Assembly (NCBI GenBank): GCA_963693055.1
Contig: OY843751.1
Location: 5,728,001-5,792,000 of the forward strand
DNA: 64,000 nt
From: a bacterium
GTDB taxonomy: Bacteria; Zhuqueibacterota; Zhuqueibacteria; Residuimicrobiales; Krinioviventaceae
Direction of reading: 5' to 3'
In this document: positions 30,015-39,047 of the stretch, piece by piece
How the letters are laid out: each line of letters begins with the position of its first letter
Numbering within the stretch: the stretch's first letter is position 1
Notes under the pieces: model-generated
What the model saw: only the letters and a program-made list of their open reading frames with translations
The model's database searches: none
What the model was told of the DNA's origin: nothing
Translations under genes and position numbers: made by a program

Positions 30015-32567
30015 TTACTTGACCAAGGTCATCTTTTTTATCAAATTACAATTTTCCGCTTCAAACTTGTAAAAATAAATCCCACTAGGTACATGCTTTG
30101 AATCCCAAACAACCTCGTATCTCCCTGCATTTCGCTGACCATTCACCAAAACCTCTACCTCCCGGCCTAAAAGATCGTACACAGCCAGCTTTGCATGGCC
30201 TTTTTCAGCCATTGTAAATCCAATCCGGGTTAACGGATTAAATGGATTTGGATAATTTTCTTCAAGACTAAATTGAAATGGTGAATTTGCATTGCCTTCC
30301 ACTATATCCGTCATCACAACTGAGGGTAAAGTCCGCCCAGCCTCCCGCTTCTTTCCCTCTTTATCAGCCAGATAGACATTGACCCAATCAGGACGACTGG
30401 GACGATAATATTGAAGAATTTCTCCCCATTCGCTATCCGTTAATCGCTTATAATTATTTGTAATCAATTCGTAATATGACATTACCGGTCCGGTAAACAG
30501 CATCGGCTCAAAATTGTTTGAAGGAGAAGGTGCTATAAAGAACCCCATATTAAAATTTCCGGTCCCAACATGCAGAACTTTACCCACTGGTACTCCATTT
30601 TCATCTGTCGGCTGGGTGTGAACATCTGCAACAGGGGTTTCTCCGAAAAACAAACCCTGTTCACTGTAAATAAAGTCATTATACCAGCCCATTTTTGACC
30701 GCTCTCCGCAAATACCCGGATAGTAAAGCATATTTTGCAAAAACTCAACTTCCGTATCTGAAAACGGTTCCTGGCTTAATTCCTTTTCAACGATCACTTT
30801 GAGTTTTCCCGCGGCAAGTCCCAAATTTGTAAAATATAACGGGATCGAATTTGATATTTGACCTTCCTGGGCATATACTGAAAAATAATCGTAAGCTTTT
30901 TCGGCAAAATCCTTAATTCTGGTATATAATCCGGGGCACGGTTCTATAAAAGAGTGAGGATATGAGCACCCTGTAACACTCGCGTATGACTGTTTTGTAT
31001 ACAACAGGTTGTCATGCCGCAATTGCGCCCAGGATGCCAGTTGTGTGTTCAGTTTCTTCTGCTGCCAGGCAGCCGACTGCATCATTAATGGATATCCGGA
31101 CAAGTCCTCTTCTGGGTTCAAGGCCCGAATGGCATTCAACCAGACATTATATAAAGATTTTTCCCAGAACTCGTCATCATAACTGTCTACCAGATATCGT
31201 AACCCTGCCAGATTCTGTGAATAATGATATTGCTCGAGCTCTTCGCGCAGCAACGGCAGTGCGTTGTTGTTGCCCAAAACAAACATAGCGTCCATCGGGT
31301 CAGGCATGGGTCTCCATATCTTTTCACCGTTAAAAGTGATCTGGTCAAACACAATATTTGAAAAAACATAAGAATCGATCATAAAGCGCTGACCCATTAA
31401 TTTATAGGAAACCGGCAGCGCGCCGGGTTTCGGATCAAAGGGATCCATCTTAAGGATTGAAGACAAAATCTTTTGCCCAAACTCATCAGAACTGGTGAGA
31501 ATTTCCTGAAATGCCGCTACACTGGCACTGTCTGCAATAGATGAAACCGTTATATTGTTTTCAGTATTAACCGATTCCAGTTCCGACGGGGTCAGATTAT
31601 CACTTTCACCGGTAAAAAAGGCGATCATTTCATTGATCTCTGCCAGTTTTGACCAACCGTCCGACAGACTCAAAAGCTCATTCATCAACAGTGACGTCTG
31701 CGCCATTCTTTTAATTTCATCCCATTCCCAGAGAGTTTCCCATGGATTTGCAGGCGGAGCTGTCAGAAAGAACTCGATTCTGCCCAGCCACATCATGGTC
31801 TGAAAATATCCTTCAAGGCCTATATCTTCATACTCACTTTTCACATAATGTCCCCGTACGGTAAACTGACTGAAATCAATATCTCTATCTCTTTCCGAAA
31901 ACAGGGGCAGGTTTACGGCCTGTTCCGCTTCAATTGCCGTCCACACCTGTTCAAAATTTGTCACCCATCCTGTTTTTGGCTGCATTTGCTGCTGATTATA
32001 AAGCGACCACGCAATAGATACATACAGATCCATATCAGCAAGCGCACTTTGCAATTCAGGACCGGGATGCTGTTCAACCAGGTCTGGAATGGCATTATAC
32101 ATATTTTCAAGAAGCGTTCCCAATAAAGGATTTAATAGTTGGTACTCGAGGCTCTTTAAAATATTGTCATAAGCTGTATGAATAGCGTAAAGAATAGCAT
32201 CCGTGGAAAGAAATACCGGCAGGTCCTTATTATAGATATCTAAAAACATATCACCCTGTGACTCAAAACGCAGCCTTTCCGTTACCACAAAATGATTGTC
32301 ATTTAATAATTCCAGTTCATCATCAGTTAGTTCATATTTAGCAATAACCGAATCCATGAACAATGCTGATGAGGCAGGCTGTTTGCCTCCCAGATCACTA
32401 TAATAAGTAGAAGGAGACGGATACGTATCTAACAATTCCCTGGCAGACATATTTACATTATCAGACAAATACTGTTCATAGGCCTGAATATCAAAATCAT
32501 CCTGAGCAAAGCAAGCTATAGAAAAAATGATACCCCAAATCAATACAACAATTGATTTATAATTCAT
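30015..32567 (-). CDS. secreted DUF3160 domain protein with FlgD-Ig/T9SS-like C-terminal domain
   Basis: DFSQFTVRGHY, YF..MMWLGR, LNTQLASWAQLRHDNLLY, ADVHT; NYPNPFNP tail. Confidence 0.85.
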   Translation of the reverse strand: MNYKSIVVLIWGIIFSIACFAQDDFDIQAYEQYLSDNVNMSARELLDTYPSPSTYYSDLGGKQPASSALFMDSVIAKYELTDDELELLNDNHFVVTERLRFESQGDMFLDIYNKDLPVFLSTDAILYAIHTAYDNILKSLEYQLLNPLLGTLLENMYNAIPDLVEQHPGPELQSALADMDLYVSIAWSLYNQQQMQPKTGWVTNFEQVWTAIEAEQAVNLPLFSERDRDIDFSQFTVRGHYVKSEYEDIGLEGYFQTMMWLGRIEFFLTAPPANPWETLWEWDEIKRMAQTSLLMNELLSLSDGWSKLAEINEMIAFFTGESDNLTPSELESVNTENNITVSSIADSASVAAFQEILTSSDEFGQKILSSILKMDPFDPKPGALPVSYKLMGQRFMIDSYVFSNIVFDQITFNGEKIWRPMPDPMDAMFVLGNNNALPLLREELEQYHYSQNLAGLRYLVDSYDDEFWEKSLYNVWLNAIRALNPEEDLSGYPLMMQSAAWQQKKLNTQLASWAQLRHDNLLYTKQSYASVTGCSYPHSFIEPCPGLYTRIKDFAEKAYDYFSVYAQEGQISNSIPLYFTNLGLAAGKLKVIVEKELSQEPFSDTEVEFLQNMLYYPGICGERSKMGWYNDFIYSEQGLFFGETPVADVHTQPTDENGVPVGKVLHVGTGNFNMGFFIAPSPSNNFEPMLFTGPVMSYYELITNNYKRLTDSEWGEILQYYRPSRPDWVNVYLADKEGKKREAGRTLPSVVMTDIVEGNANSPFQFSLEENYPNPFNPLTRIGFTMAEKGHAKLAVYDLLGREVEVLVNGQRNAGRYEVVWDSKHVPSGIYFYKFEAENCNLIKKMTLVK

Positions 32568-32650
32568 GAATCACCCCTCTGGTTTTATAAAAAAAACAAT
32601 ACACCCTGATTAAAATTAGGTAATAAAAAAAGATAATGCAATATAAAATT

Positions 32651-32685
32651 AAAAAAAGGAACCCCGGGGAAGGGTTCCTTTTTTT
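32651..32685. terminator. intrinsic terminator between the DUF3160 paralogs
   Basis: AAAAAAAGGAACCC...GGGTTCCTTTTTTT. Confidence 0.75.
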
Positions 32686-32716
32686 GGGCCAAGGGACAGC
32701 TTGGAAGGGAGGGTAT

Positions 32717-35290
32717 TTATTTCAAAAGTGTCATTTTTTTGGTAGAAGTAAAGTTACCTGACACGATTTTGTAAAAGTATATTCCGCTGGCAAAGTTCTC
32801 TGAATTCCACACTACCTGATATCTACCTGCGGTTTTATTGCCATTAACCAGAACCTGTATTTCTCGTCCCAGCAGATCGTACACAGACAGCTTTACATGA
32901 CCACCTGCGGCAATCGAATAGTGTATTGTTGTTTGCGGGTTGAACGGGTTTGGGTAATTATCTTCAAGGCTAAATTGCATTGGTACTGCCTCCTGCTCAT
33001 TACCAATATCCGTCAGCACTACAGCCGGAAGCTCTCGCCCCTGCTGCATTGCATTTCCGGATTCATCAGCCAGGAAAATATTTACCCAGTCGGGTCGGTC
33101 CGGCACATTACCAGTTTCTACCGATTCTTTCCACTCTTCGTCAGTCAATCGCTTAAAATCTTTGGTAATTTGCTGATAATACGACATGACCGGCCCCACA
33201 AAGATCATTGTTTCGTATTCATTCGTAGGACAAGGTGCAGCAAAGAAACCAAGCTGAAACTTGCCTACTGAAACATGCAACACATGACCCACGGGCGCTC
33301 CCCCTTGATCGGTGGGTTGTGTGTGCACATCGGCAATAACATGGTCAATTAATGCCGGATCTTCCCGTTCGTAATACAAATCTGCATACCAACCGGTAAA
33401 CGGTGGTTGCCCGCTTCCGCCCCCTACAAACAACATGGATTGCAAGAATTCAATATCATTGTCATTAAACGCTTCATTGTTCAATTCTTTTAATGAAAGC
33501 GATTCTAATTTTACTATATTATTTCCCAGTCTTTCAAAATAGTCTAAAATATTGGGCATTATATAACTGTCTTGAGAATATCCTTCAAAAAAGGCTGCTG
33601 CCTTGTCTGCAAACAACTGAATGCCCCTGTAAAACTCGGGATACGGTTCAACAAATGAATGTGGAAAAGAACATCCTGTTGCACCGGTATAAGATTGCTT
33701 TGCATATAATAAATTATCGTGACGTAACTGCGCCCATGATGCCAGCTGCGTATTCAGCTTTAACTGATGCCATGCTGCTGACTTCATAAACTCGGGATAT
33801 GTTTCAAGATCCTGAGTAGGATTTATGGTTCGTATGGTGTTCAGCCAGACATTATATAATGATTTTTCCCAATAAGAGGCGTCATAACTTTCAACCAGAT
33901 ATCTCAAACTTGCCAAGTTCTGTGCATAGTTGTATGTTTCCAACTCTTCTTTTAAAAGGGGCAGGGTATTATCATTGCCCAGTACAAACATTGCATCCAG
34001 AGGGGAAGGTAATGGGCGCCATACCTTGGCCCCATTGAAAACAATGCGGTCAAAGACAACGTTACCAAGTACATAGGAATCAATAATAAACCTCTGCCCC
34101 ATCAATCTATAGGATACCGGTAATACACCGGGCTCGTCACTGTAGGGATCCATCATCATGATAGATGATAAAATTTTCTGTCCATATTCATCAGAACCTA
34201 ACAACTTTTCCTGAAACGCAGCCAGACTTGCACTATCCGCCAGGGATTCAACGGTAATATTGTTATCGTAACATACCTGGGCCAGTTCAGCAGGTGTCAT
34301 GTTATCACTTTCACCTACAAAAAAAGTGATAATCTTGTCTATCTCTTCCTGTTGCTCCCAAACATTTGCACTTTCCATCAATTCATTCATCAAGAGCGAT
34401 GCACGCGCCATACGCTGCACTTCATGCCATTCCCACTCTTTCTCAAAAGGATTCACTGGCGGTGGTGTCAGCCAAAAATCAATACGACCCAGCCACATCA
34501 TGGCCTTGAAATAGTCTTCCAGTGTTCTTGACTCTCCATCTTTCCAGTACGCTTTTGTATAGTGTCCACGTACTGTAAATTGACTAAAATCAATCTGGCG
34601 TGTTCTTTCCTCAAAAGTAAAAAGGGACATGGATGCCGGTTGTTCGGCTTGTATTGCCTGCCAAACATCATCAAAATTGTCTACAAAGTCAGACTGGGCT
34701 TGCTGGGCCTCCCCCCTTAATAATGAGAGGGCCATGGTAATATAAAGATCAACATCACCCAGCTCATTATCAAACCCTGCATTCGCATATTTGCTCAAAA
34801 GATCCGGCATCCGCTCATACATCTTTTCCAACTGGATAGCCAATGAAGGCTCCAGCAATTCAATTTCAAGGTCCATCAAAATTCTATCATATGAAGAATG
34901 CAACGCCTGCAAAATTGCATCTGTAGTAACAAAAACCGGCATATCTTTGATATAAATATCATGGAAAGCCTGGCCAATTGCACTAAAATCCAGACGCTCA
35001 GTTACCATAAAATGATTATTCATTAACAATTGTATTTCATCTGCTGTCAACTCGTATTTTTCTATCACCGAATCCAGATAGGCAGCAGATTCGATCGAAT
35101 GCTCTGTATTCAATTGTTTATAATATGTATTCTGTATGGGATATTCTGAAGACAATGCATCAACAGACATGTTTTCGGTAGATTTTAGATAATCCTGATA
35201 GGCATCAAAACTAAAATTTTCCTGACTCCACATTAGCGACGGAATAATAAAACATACAACAAGAACAATTTTCAATATATATATTTTCAT
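32717..35290 (-). CDS. secreted DUF3160 domain protein with FlgD-Ig/T9SS-like C-terminal domain (paralog)
   Basis: Same motifs as 30015-32567; colinear over full length. Confidence 0.85.
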   Translation of the reverse strand: MKIYILKIVLVVCFIIPSLMWSQENFSFDAYQDYLKSTENMSVDALSSEYPIQNTYYKQLNTEHSIESAAYLDSVIEKYELTADEIQLLMNNHFMVTERLDFSAIGQAFHDIYIKDMPVFVTTDAILQALHSSYDRILMDLEIELLEPSLAIQLEKMYERMPDLLSKYANAGFDNELGDVDLYITMALSLLRGEAQQAQSDFVDNFDDVWQAIQAEQPASMSLFTFEERTRQIDFSQFTVRGHYTKAYWKDGESRTLEDYFKAMMWLGRIDFWLTPPPVNPFEKEWEWHEVQRMARASLLMNELMESANVWEQQEEIDKIITFFVGESDNMTPAELAQVCYDNNITVESLADSASLAAFQEKLLGSDEYGQKILSSIMMMDPYSDEPGVLPVSYRLMGQRFIIDSYVLGNVVFDRIVFNGAKVWRPLPSPLDAMFVLGNDNTLPLLKEELETYNYAQNLASLRYLVESYDASYWEKSLYNVWLNTIRTINPTQDLETYPEFMKSAAWHQLKLNTQLASWAQLRHDNLLYAKQSYTGATGCSFPHSFVEPYPEFYRGIQLFADKAAAFFEGYSQDSYIMPNILDYFERLGNNIVKLESLSLKELNNEAFNDNDIEFLQSMLFVGGGSGQPPFTGWYADLYYEREDPALIDHVIADVHTQPTDQGGAPVGHVLHVSVGKFQLGFFAAPCPTNEYETMIFVGPVMSYYQQITKDFKRLTDEEWKESVETGNVPDRPDWVNIFLADESGNAMQQGRELPAVVLTDIGNEQEAVPMQFSLEDNYPNPFNPQTTIHYSIAAGGHVKLSVYDLLGREIQVLVNGNKTAGRYQVVWNSENFASGIYFYKIVSGNFTSTKKMTLLK

Positions 35291-35330
35291 AATAACCCTC
35301 GCTATTTACTAGTAATACATCTTTTATACT

Positions 35331-35346
35331 ATCAAAATGCCTGCCA
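35331..35346 (-). promoter_or_regulatory. sigma54-like promoter (variant -12)
   Basis: Minus strand TGGCAG-GCATT-TTGAT, ~40 bp upstream of ATG 35290. Confidence 0.35.
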
Positions 35347-35407
35347 AAGATTTCAATAGCCACAAGAATCTATTTTTATTGCACTTGTAGGCACGCATGT
35401 TATATAT

Positions 35408-35443
35408 AAAAACAAAATCGGTACGAAAATTATTCGTACCGAT
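35408..35443 (-). terminator. intrinsic terminator after HDOD gene
   Basis: ATCGGTACGAA-AATTA-TTCGTACCGAT perfect 11-bp stem followed by a T-rich tract on the minus strand. Confidence 0.65.
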
Positions 35444-35474
35444 CACATATTTTGCGTATTTTTTAAAAAGGGAT

Positions 35475-36701
35475 TTATTTTAGGGCTTGGTAGTCGCGAT
35501 AGATTTGACTCACAACTTCATCAAAAATATCTTTAAAGGTATGTGCCATATGAAACTGGCCAAAGTTTAAACTGCTTCCATCTGCACCTTTTTCAACAGC
35601 ACAGATAATATCATTGGCAAGATGAGCCGCTTCCAATATGTTGGTAAATTTGCTGTCTTTTTTATCAATTTGATGATGGAACAAAGCTACCTCAATACAT
35701 ATGTCAGGCAGGTTCCACAAATCTAACAGATACGCACCAATTTCCGCATGGGTGCTTTCCGCGAATCCCAGTGACAATTCACATTCATAAAATGACAACT
35801 CGGGATTTCTCATCATACACGCAATAACCTCATCATATCGGTCTGGAAAATATTGCAATAAAACAATTTTACCAATATCATGAGTTATTCCCACGGATTT
35901 ATAATTAGAGTTTATGGACTCGTTATTCATCAATTTATAGAGATATTGCAGGTATTTATTAACAAAAGCAGAGTGTTTAATAATCTTTTGAAACTCTTCC
36001 ATCTGCTTTTCTGACAAGGGTCTATGATTGGCAAGCGAAACAGCCAAGACAATATCCCGCACAGCATCTACCCCTAAATACATAATTGCATGCTCCAGGG
36101 ATGCCGTACCCAGGTTCCCATAAAAAGCAGAATTGGTTACATGTAGCACCGCAGATGCAACAGAAGCATCCTTTTCAATAATTTGGGAAAAGTCCTGATA
36201 ATCTGCTCTGTTTTCTACTGCTTTCATAAATTCCTGGTACAATAAGGGCAAATGAGGCAGAGATTCAATACTGTTCATTAGAGTAGAAAGCTTTTTGCCG
36301 TGCAAAATCTTTCTGATATTTAAAATCCGATTCAACCCTTTACGGAGTTCCGTTGCATTGGCGTCTCGGGGCTTTGTAAAAGAAGAAACAGCAAGGCCAT
36401 CTGTCAACGCCTTGACAACAGCCGGCTGCTCAACAAATCCACCAAGTATAACTCGCAACACATCAGGGTGCTGGGATTTTATTTGCTTTAAAAAATCAAA
36501 AGATTCAGACTGAGCCAATTGATAATCATATATCACAAGATCAATCGCTTTTCTTCCCAGCATTTCCAATGATCCCTGCTTACTGTTGGTAAAAAAAGCA
36601 ATTTCTGACCGCTTGAAAGCATTATTCAGCAATCGGGTCAAGTCTACATCTTCAGAGATAAACAGGACGTTTCCGAGTTCCTGCTTGTTAATTTCGTTCA
36701 T
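35475..36701 (-). CDS. response regulator with receiver and HDOD domains
   Basis: Receiver-like N-terminus (DLVIYD, TKP); LP.LP, D......L..NSAFYG, HDIGK, HAEIGAYLL..W.LP, HH. Confidence 0.85.
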   Translation of the reverse strand: MNEINKQELGNVLFISEDVDLTRLLNNAFKRSEIAFFTNSKQGSLEMLGRKAIDLVIYDYQLAQSESFDFLKQIKSQHPDVLRVILGGFVEQPAVVKALTDGLAVSSFTKPRDANATELRKGLNRILNIRKILHGKKLSTLMNSIESLPHLPLLYQEFMKAVENRADYQDFSQIIEKDASVASAVLHVTNSAFYGNLGTASLEHAIMYLGVDAVRDIVLAVSLANHRPLSEKQMEEFQKIIKHSAFVNKYLQYLYKLMNNESINSNYKSVGITHDIGKIVLLQYFPDRYDEVIACMMRNPELSFYECELSLGFAESTHAEIGAYLLDLWNLPDICIEVALFHHQIDKKDSKFTNILEAAHLANDIICAVEKGADGSSLNFGQFHMAHTFKDIFDEVVSQIYRDYQALK

Positions 36702-36822
36702 ATATTATTCCTGAATAGCATATATTATAATATATCAATTTATTATAATTAATTTTTAAAATCAAATTATATCTTTTTAAAAAAACGAAAATTTTATCTA
36801 AACCTCTGACATAAATCAATAT

Positions 36823-38259
36823 TTAGACAACAATCAGACCGCTCAAGTTGCAACTATTGTTAATTAAAATAACCATGAAATGCAGCCAAAGCGCGCTTTC
36901 TGGCAAAACTATGATCAACAATCGGGCCAGAATATTCTGGTGTATGCACATTTGGCACTTGATAAAGGATATAGAAACCATTTTTCTGGCAAAACTATGA
37001 TCAACAATCGGGCCAGAATATTCTGGTGTATGCACATTTGGCACCCATTTTTTTATATATATAAAATCTTTGTCAAACTTTTGCTGCTGAGTGACAGGAT
37101 TAAATATACGGAAAAAGGGAGCGGCATCGCAACCCGTGCCCGCGGCCCATTGCCAGTTTCCATTATTGGCAGACAAGTCATAATCCAGTAATTTCTCTGC
37201 AAAATATCGTTCTCCTAAACGCCAATCCAATAACAGATGTTTGCTAAGGAATGAAGCGGTAACCATCCGGACACGGTTATGCATAAAACCCGTTTCGTTC
37301 AACTCGCGCATACCCGCATCCACCAGTGGATATCCGGTTTGCCCATTACACCAAAGTTCAAATGCTTCGGGATCGTTACGCCAGGGAAAGTTTTTATATT
37401 TCACCCGAAATGATTGGTTCTCAACATGTGGAAAGTGATATAAAATCATCATAAAAAACTCACGCCAAATCAATTCCGAAAGCCAGACATCATTTTCATG
37501 CATTGCAAGCTGTACCATCTCTCTGACACTGACGGTGCCAAAGCGCAAATGCAACCCCAGATGGGTTGTTCCATCTATAGCCGGAAAATCACGGGTACTG
37601 TGATAATTGCGAATAATTTGCTGACCCGGAACACTATCCGGAAAACGGGTATCTGTTGGCTCAAATCCGATCTCTTTTAAACCCGGCATTTTCGGGGTAT
37701 TTTCAAACCTGAAAAACTGATTTAAATCAGACATAGAGTCATTTGTTTCAAGGGCCAATGGCTGCAGTGTTTTTAACCACCTGTTTTTAAAAGGAGTAAA
37801 AACCGTATACGGATTACCATCCGGCTTGACAACCTCCTCTTTTTCAAAAACCACCTGATCTTTACAACTGTGAAACCCGATTCCCTGTGAATTACAGAGC
37901 TTTTCAATGATACGATCTCGTTCAATTGCATAGGGTTCATAATCGTGGTTTAAATATAGTGCTTTTGGCTTTAATGTACTGAGCAACTCTTTCCACACTG
38001 TTTCAGGCTCACCATGCCTGACAATCAAACCACTGCTGACATCAAAAAGTTGATTATGTAAGGATATTAATGTTGAATGAATAAACGCCACGCGTTTATC
38101 TTTTGGGTCTTTTAAAGGATCTAAAATAAGAGAATCAAAAATAAAAACGGGGATGATTTTGTATCCACTATTCAGGGCCTCAAACAGGCCTGCGTTGTCA
38201 TGCAAACGCAGGTCCCGTCTGAACCAAAATATTGCACATTCATGCGTATCCGGGTTCAT
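36823..38259 (-). CDS. phrB: deoxyribodipyrimidine photolyase (class I), C-terminus altered by duplication
   Basis: WFRRDLRLHDN, ELIWREF, GYPLVDAGMREL..TG.MHNRVRM, NNGNWQW, RIFNP; native end ARKRALAAFHGYFN* (stop 36860-36862) now out of frame. Confidence 0.92.
   Translation of the reverse strand: MNPDTHECAIFWFRRDLRLHDNAGLFEALNSGYKIIPVFIFDSLILDPLKDPKDKRVAFIHSTLISLHNQLFDVSSGLIVRHGEPETVWKELLSTLKPKALYLNHDYEPYAIERDRIIEKLCNSQGIGFHSCKDQVVFEKEEVVKPDGNPYTVFTPFKNRWLKTLQPLALETNDSMSDLNQFFRFENTPKMPGLKEIGFEPTDTRFPDSVPGQQIIRNYHSTRDFPAIDGTTHLGLHLRFGTVSVREMVQLAMHENDVWLSELIWREFFMMILYHFPHVENQSFRVKYKNFPWRNDPEAFELWCNGQTGYPLVDAGMRELNETGFMHNRVRMVTASFLSKHLLLDWRLGERYFAEKLLDYDLSANNGNWQWAAGTGCDAAPFFRIFNPVTQQQKFDKDFIYIKKWVPNVHTPEYSGPIVDHSFARKMVSISFIKCQMCIHQNILARLLIIVLPESALWLHFMVILINNSCNLSGLIVV
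36897..37044. repeat. 62-bp perfect direct repeat (36897-36958, 36983-37044) with 24-bp spacer
   Basis: TTTCTGGCAAAACTATGATC...CACATTTGGCAC occurs twice, period 86 bp. Confidence 0.9.
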
Positions 38260-38836
38260 TTATATAACCGCGCTCCTTACCAACTCCATATAAATTCTTT
38301 TGCAGCATTCGTCTCGCTCTAAACAATCGTGACATGACTGTTCCCAGAGGGATTTCTGCTTTTTCCGCTATTTCCTTATATGTAAGGCCCTCAACATCAG
38401 CTAAAACAATAATTTCTCTGAAATTGTCTGACAATCGATCGAGTGCGCCATTAATCTCATCATCAAACAACTCACGGTATGTGTCTTGTTCAAACACATT
38501 GTTTGTAATTGACTCGTATCCGGGTCCCTCATCTTCAATGAAAAAAGAAACTTTTTCCAATTCAACCTGCTGTGGTGATCGTGATTTTTTGCGATACCGG
38601 TTGATAAAAGTATTTGTCATAATTCTGAATATCCAGGCTTTAAAATTGGTCCCTTCCTGAAATTTTTCAAAAAACCGATACGCGCGTAAATAAGTGTCTT
38701 GCACAAGGTCCTCTGCTTCAGCAGAATTTTTTGTTAAACGAAGTGCGGAGCTATAGAGTAAATCCATGTATTGCAGAGAAACATCTTCAAACTTGGTCCG
38801 CTTTTGTTCCGAAAGCGGAATTAAAACTTTACTCAT
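38240..38836 (-). CDS. ECF RNA polymerase sigma factor (SigH/SigR-like)
   Basis: AEDLVQDTYLRAYR, GTNFKAWIFRIM.NTFIN, YKEIAE...PLGTVMSRLFRAR. Confidence 0.93.
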   Translation of the reverse strand: MSKVLIPLSEQKRTKFEDVSLQYMDLLYSSALRLTKNSAEAEDLVQDTYLRAYRFFEKFQEGTNFKAWIFRIMTNTFINRYRKKSRSPQQVELEKVSFFIEDEGPGYESITNNVFEQDTYRELFDDEINGALDRLSDNFREIIVLADVEGLTYKEIAEKAEIPLGTVMSRLFRARRMLQKNLYGVGKERGYINEPGYA

Positions 38837-39047
38837 TTTGTGCCCCTTTCATTTGATTAATGTTAATATTAAACAAATGCTACTACAACATCAAGAATTC
38901 CATCTCCCCGAGTCTTCAATGCGTCATCACTTCCGAATTTCACTTGAAATTCCTGCATTATTTTTTTATTTTCCAATAGCTCTAATTATATTTAAACAAA
39001 CTGAAATAAAATAGCAAGTAAAAATCGCATTTTAAGTTAAATTTAAT

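Noticed and set aside
36897-37044. 62-bp repeat as DGR template/variable pair or mini-CRISPR
   Set aside because: Copies are identical (no adenine-specific changes), lie within coding sequence, and no reverse transcriptase or cas gene is in the window
38860-38960. Autoregulatory ECF promoter (GGAAT-N18-GTT) upstream of the sigma gene
   Set aside because: Two GGAAT motifs exist on the minus strand but neither has GTT at the expected spacing
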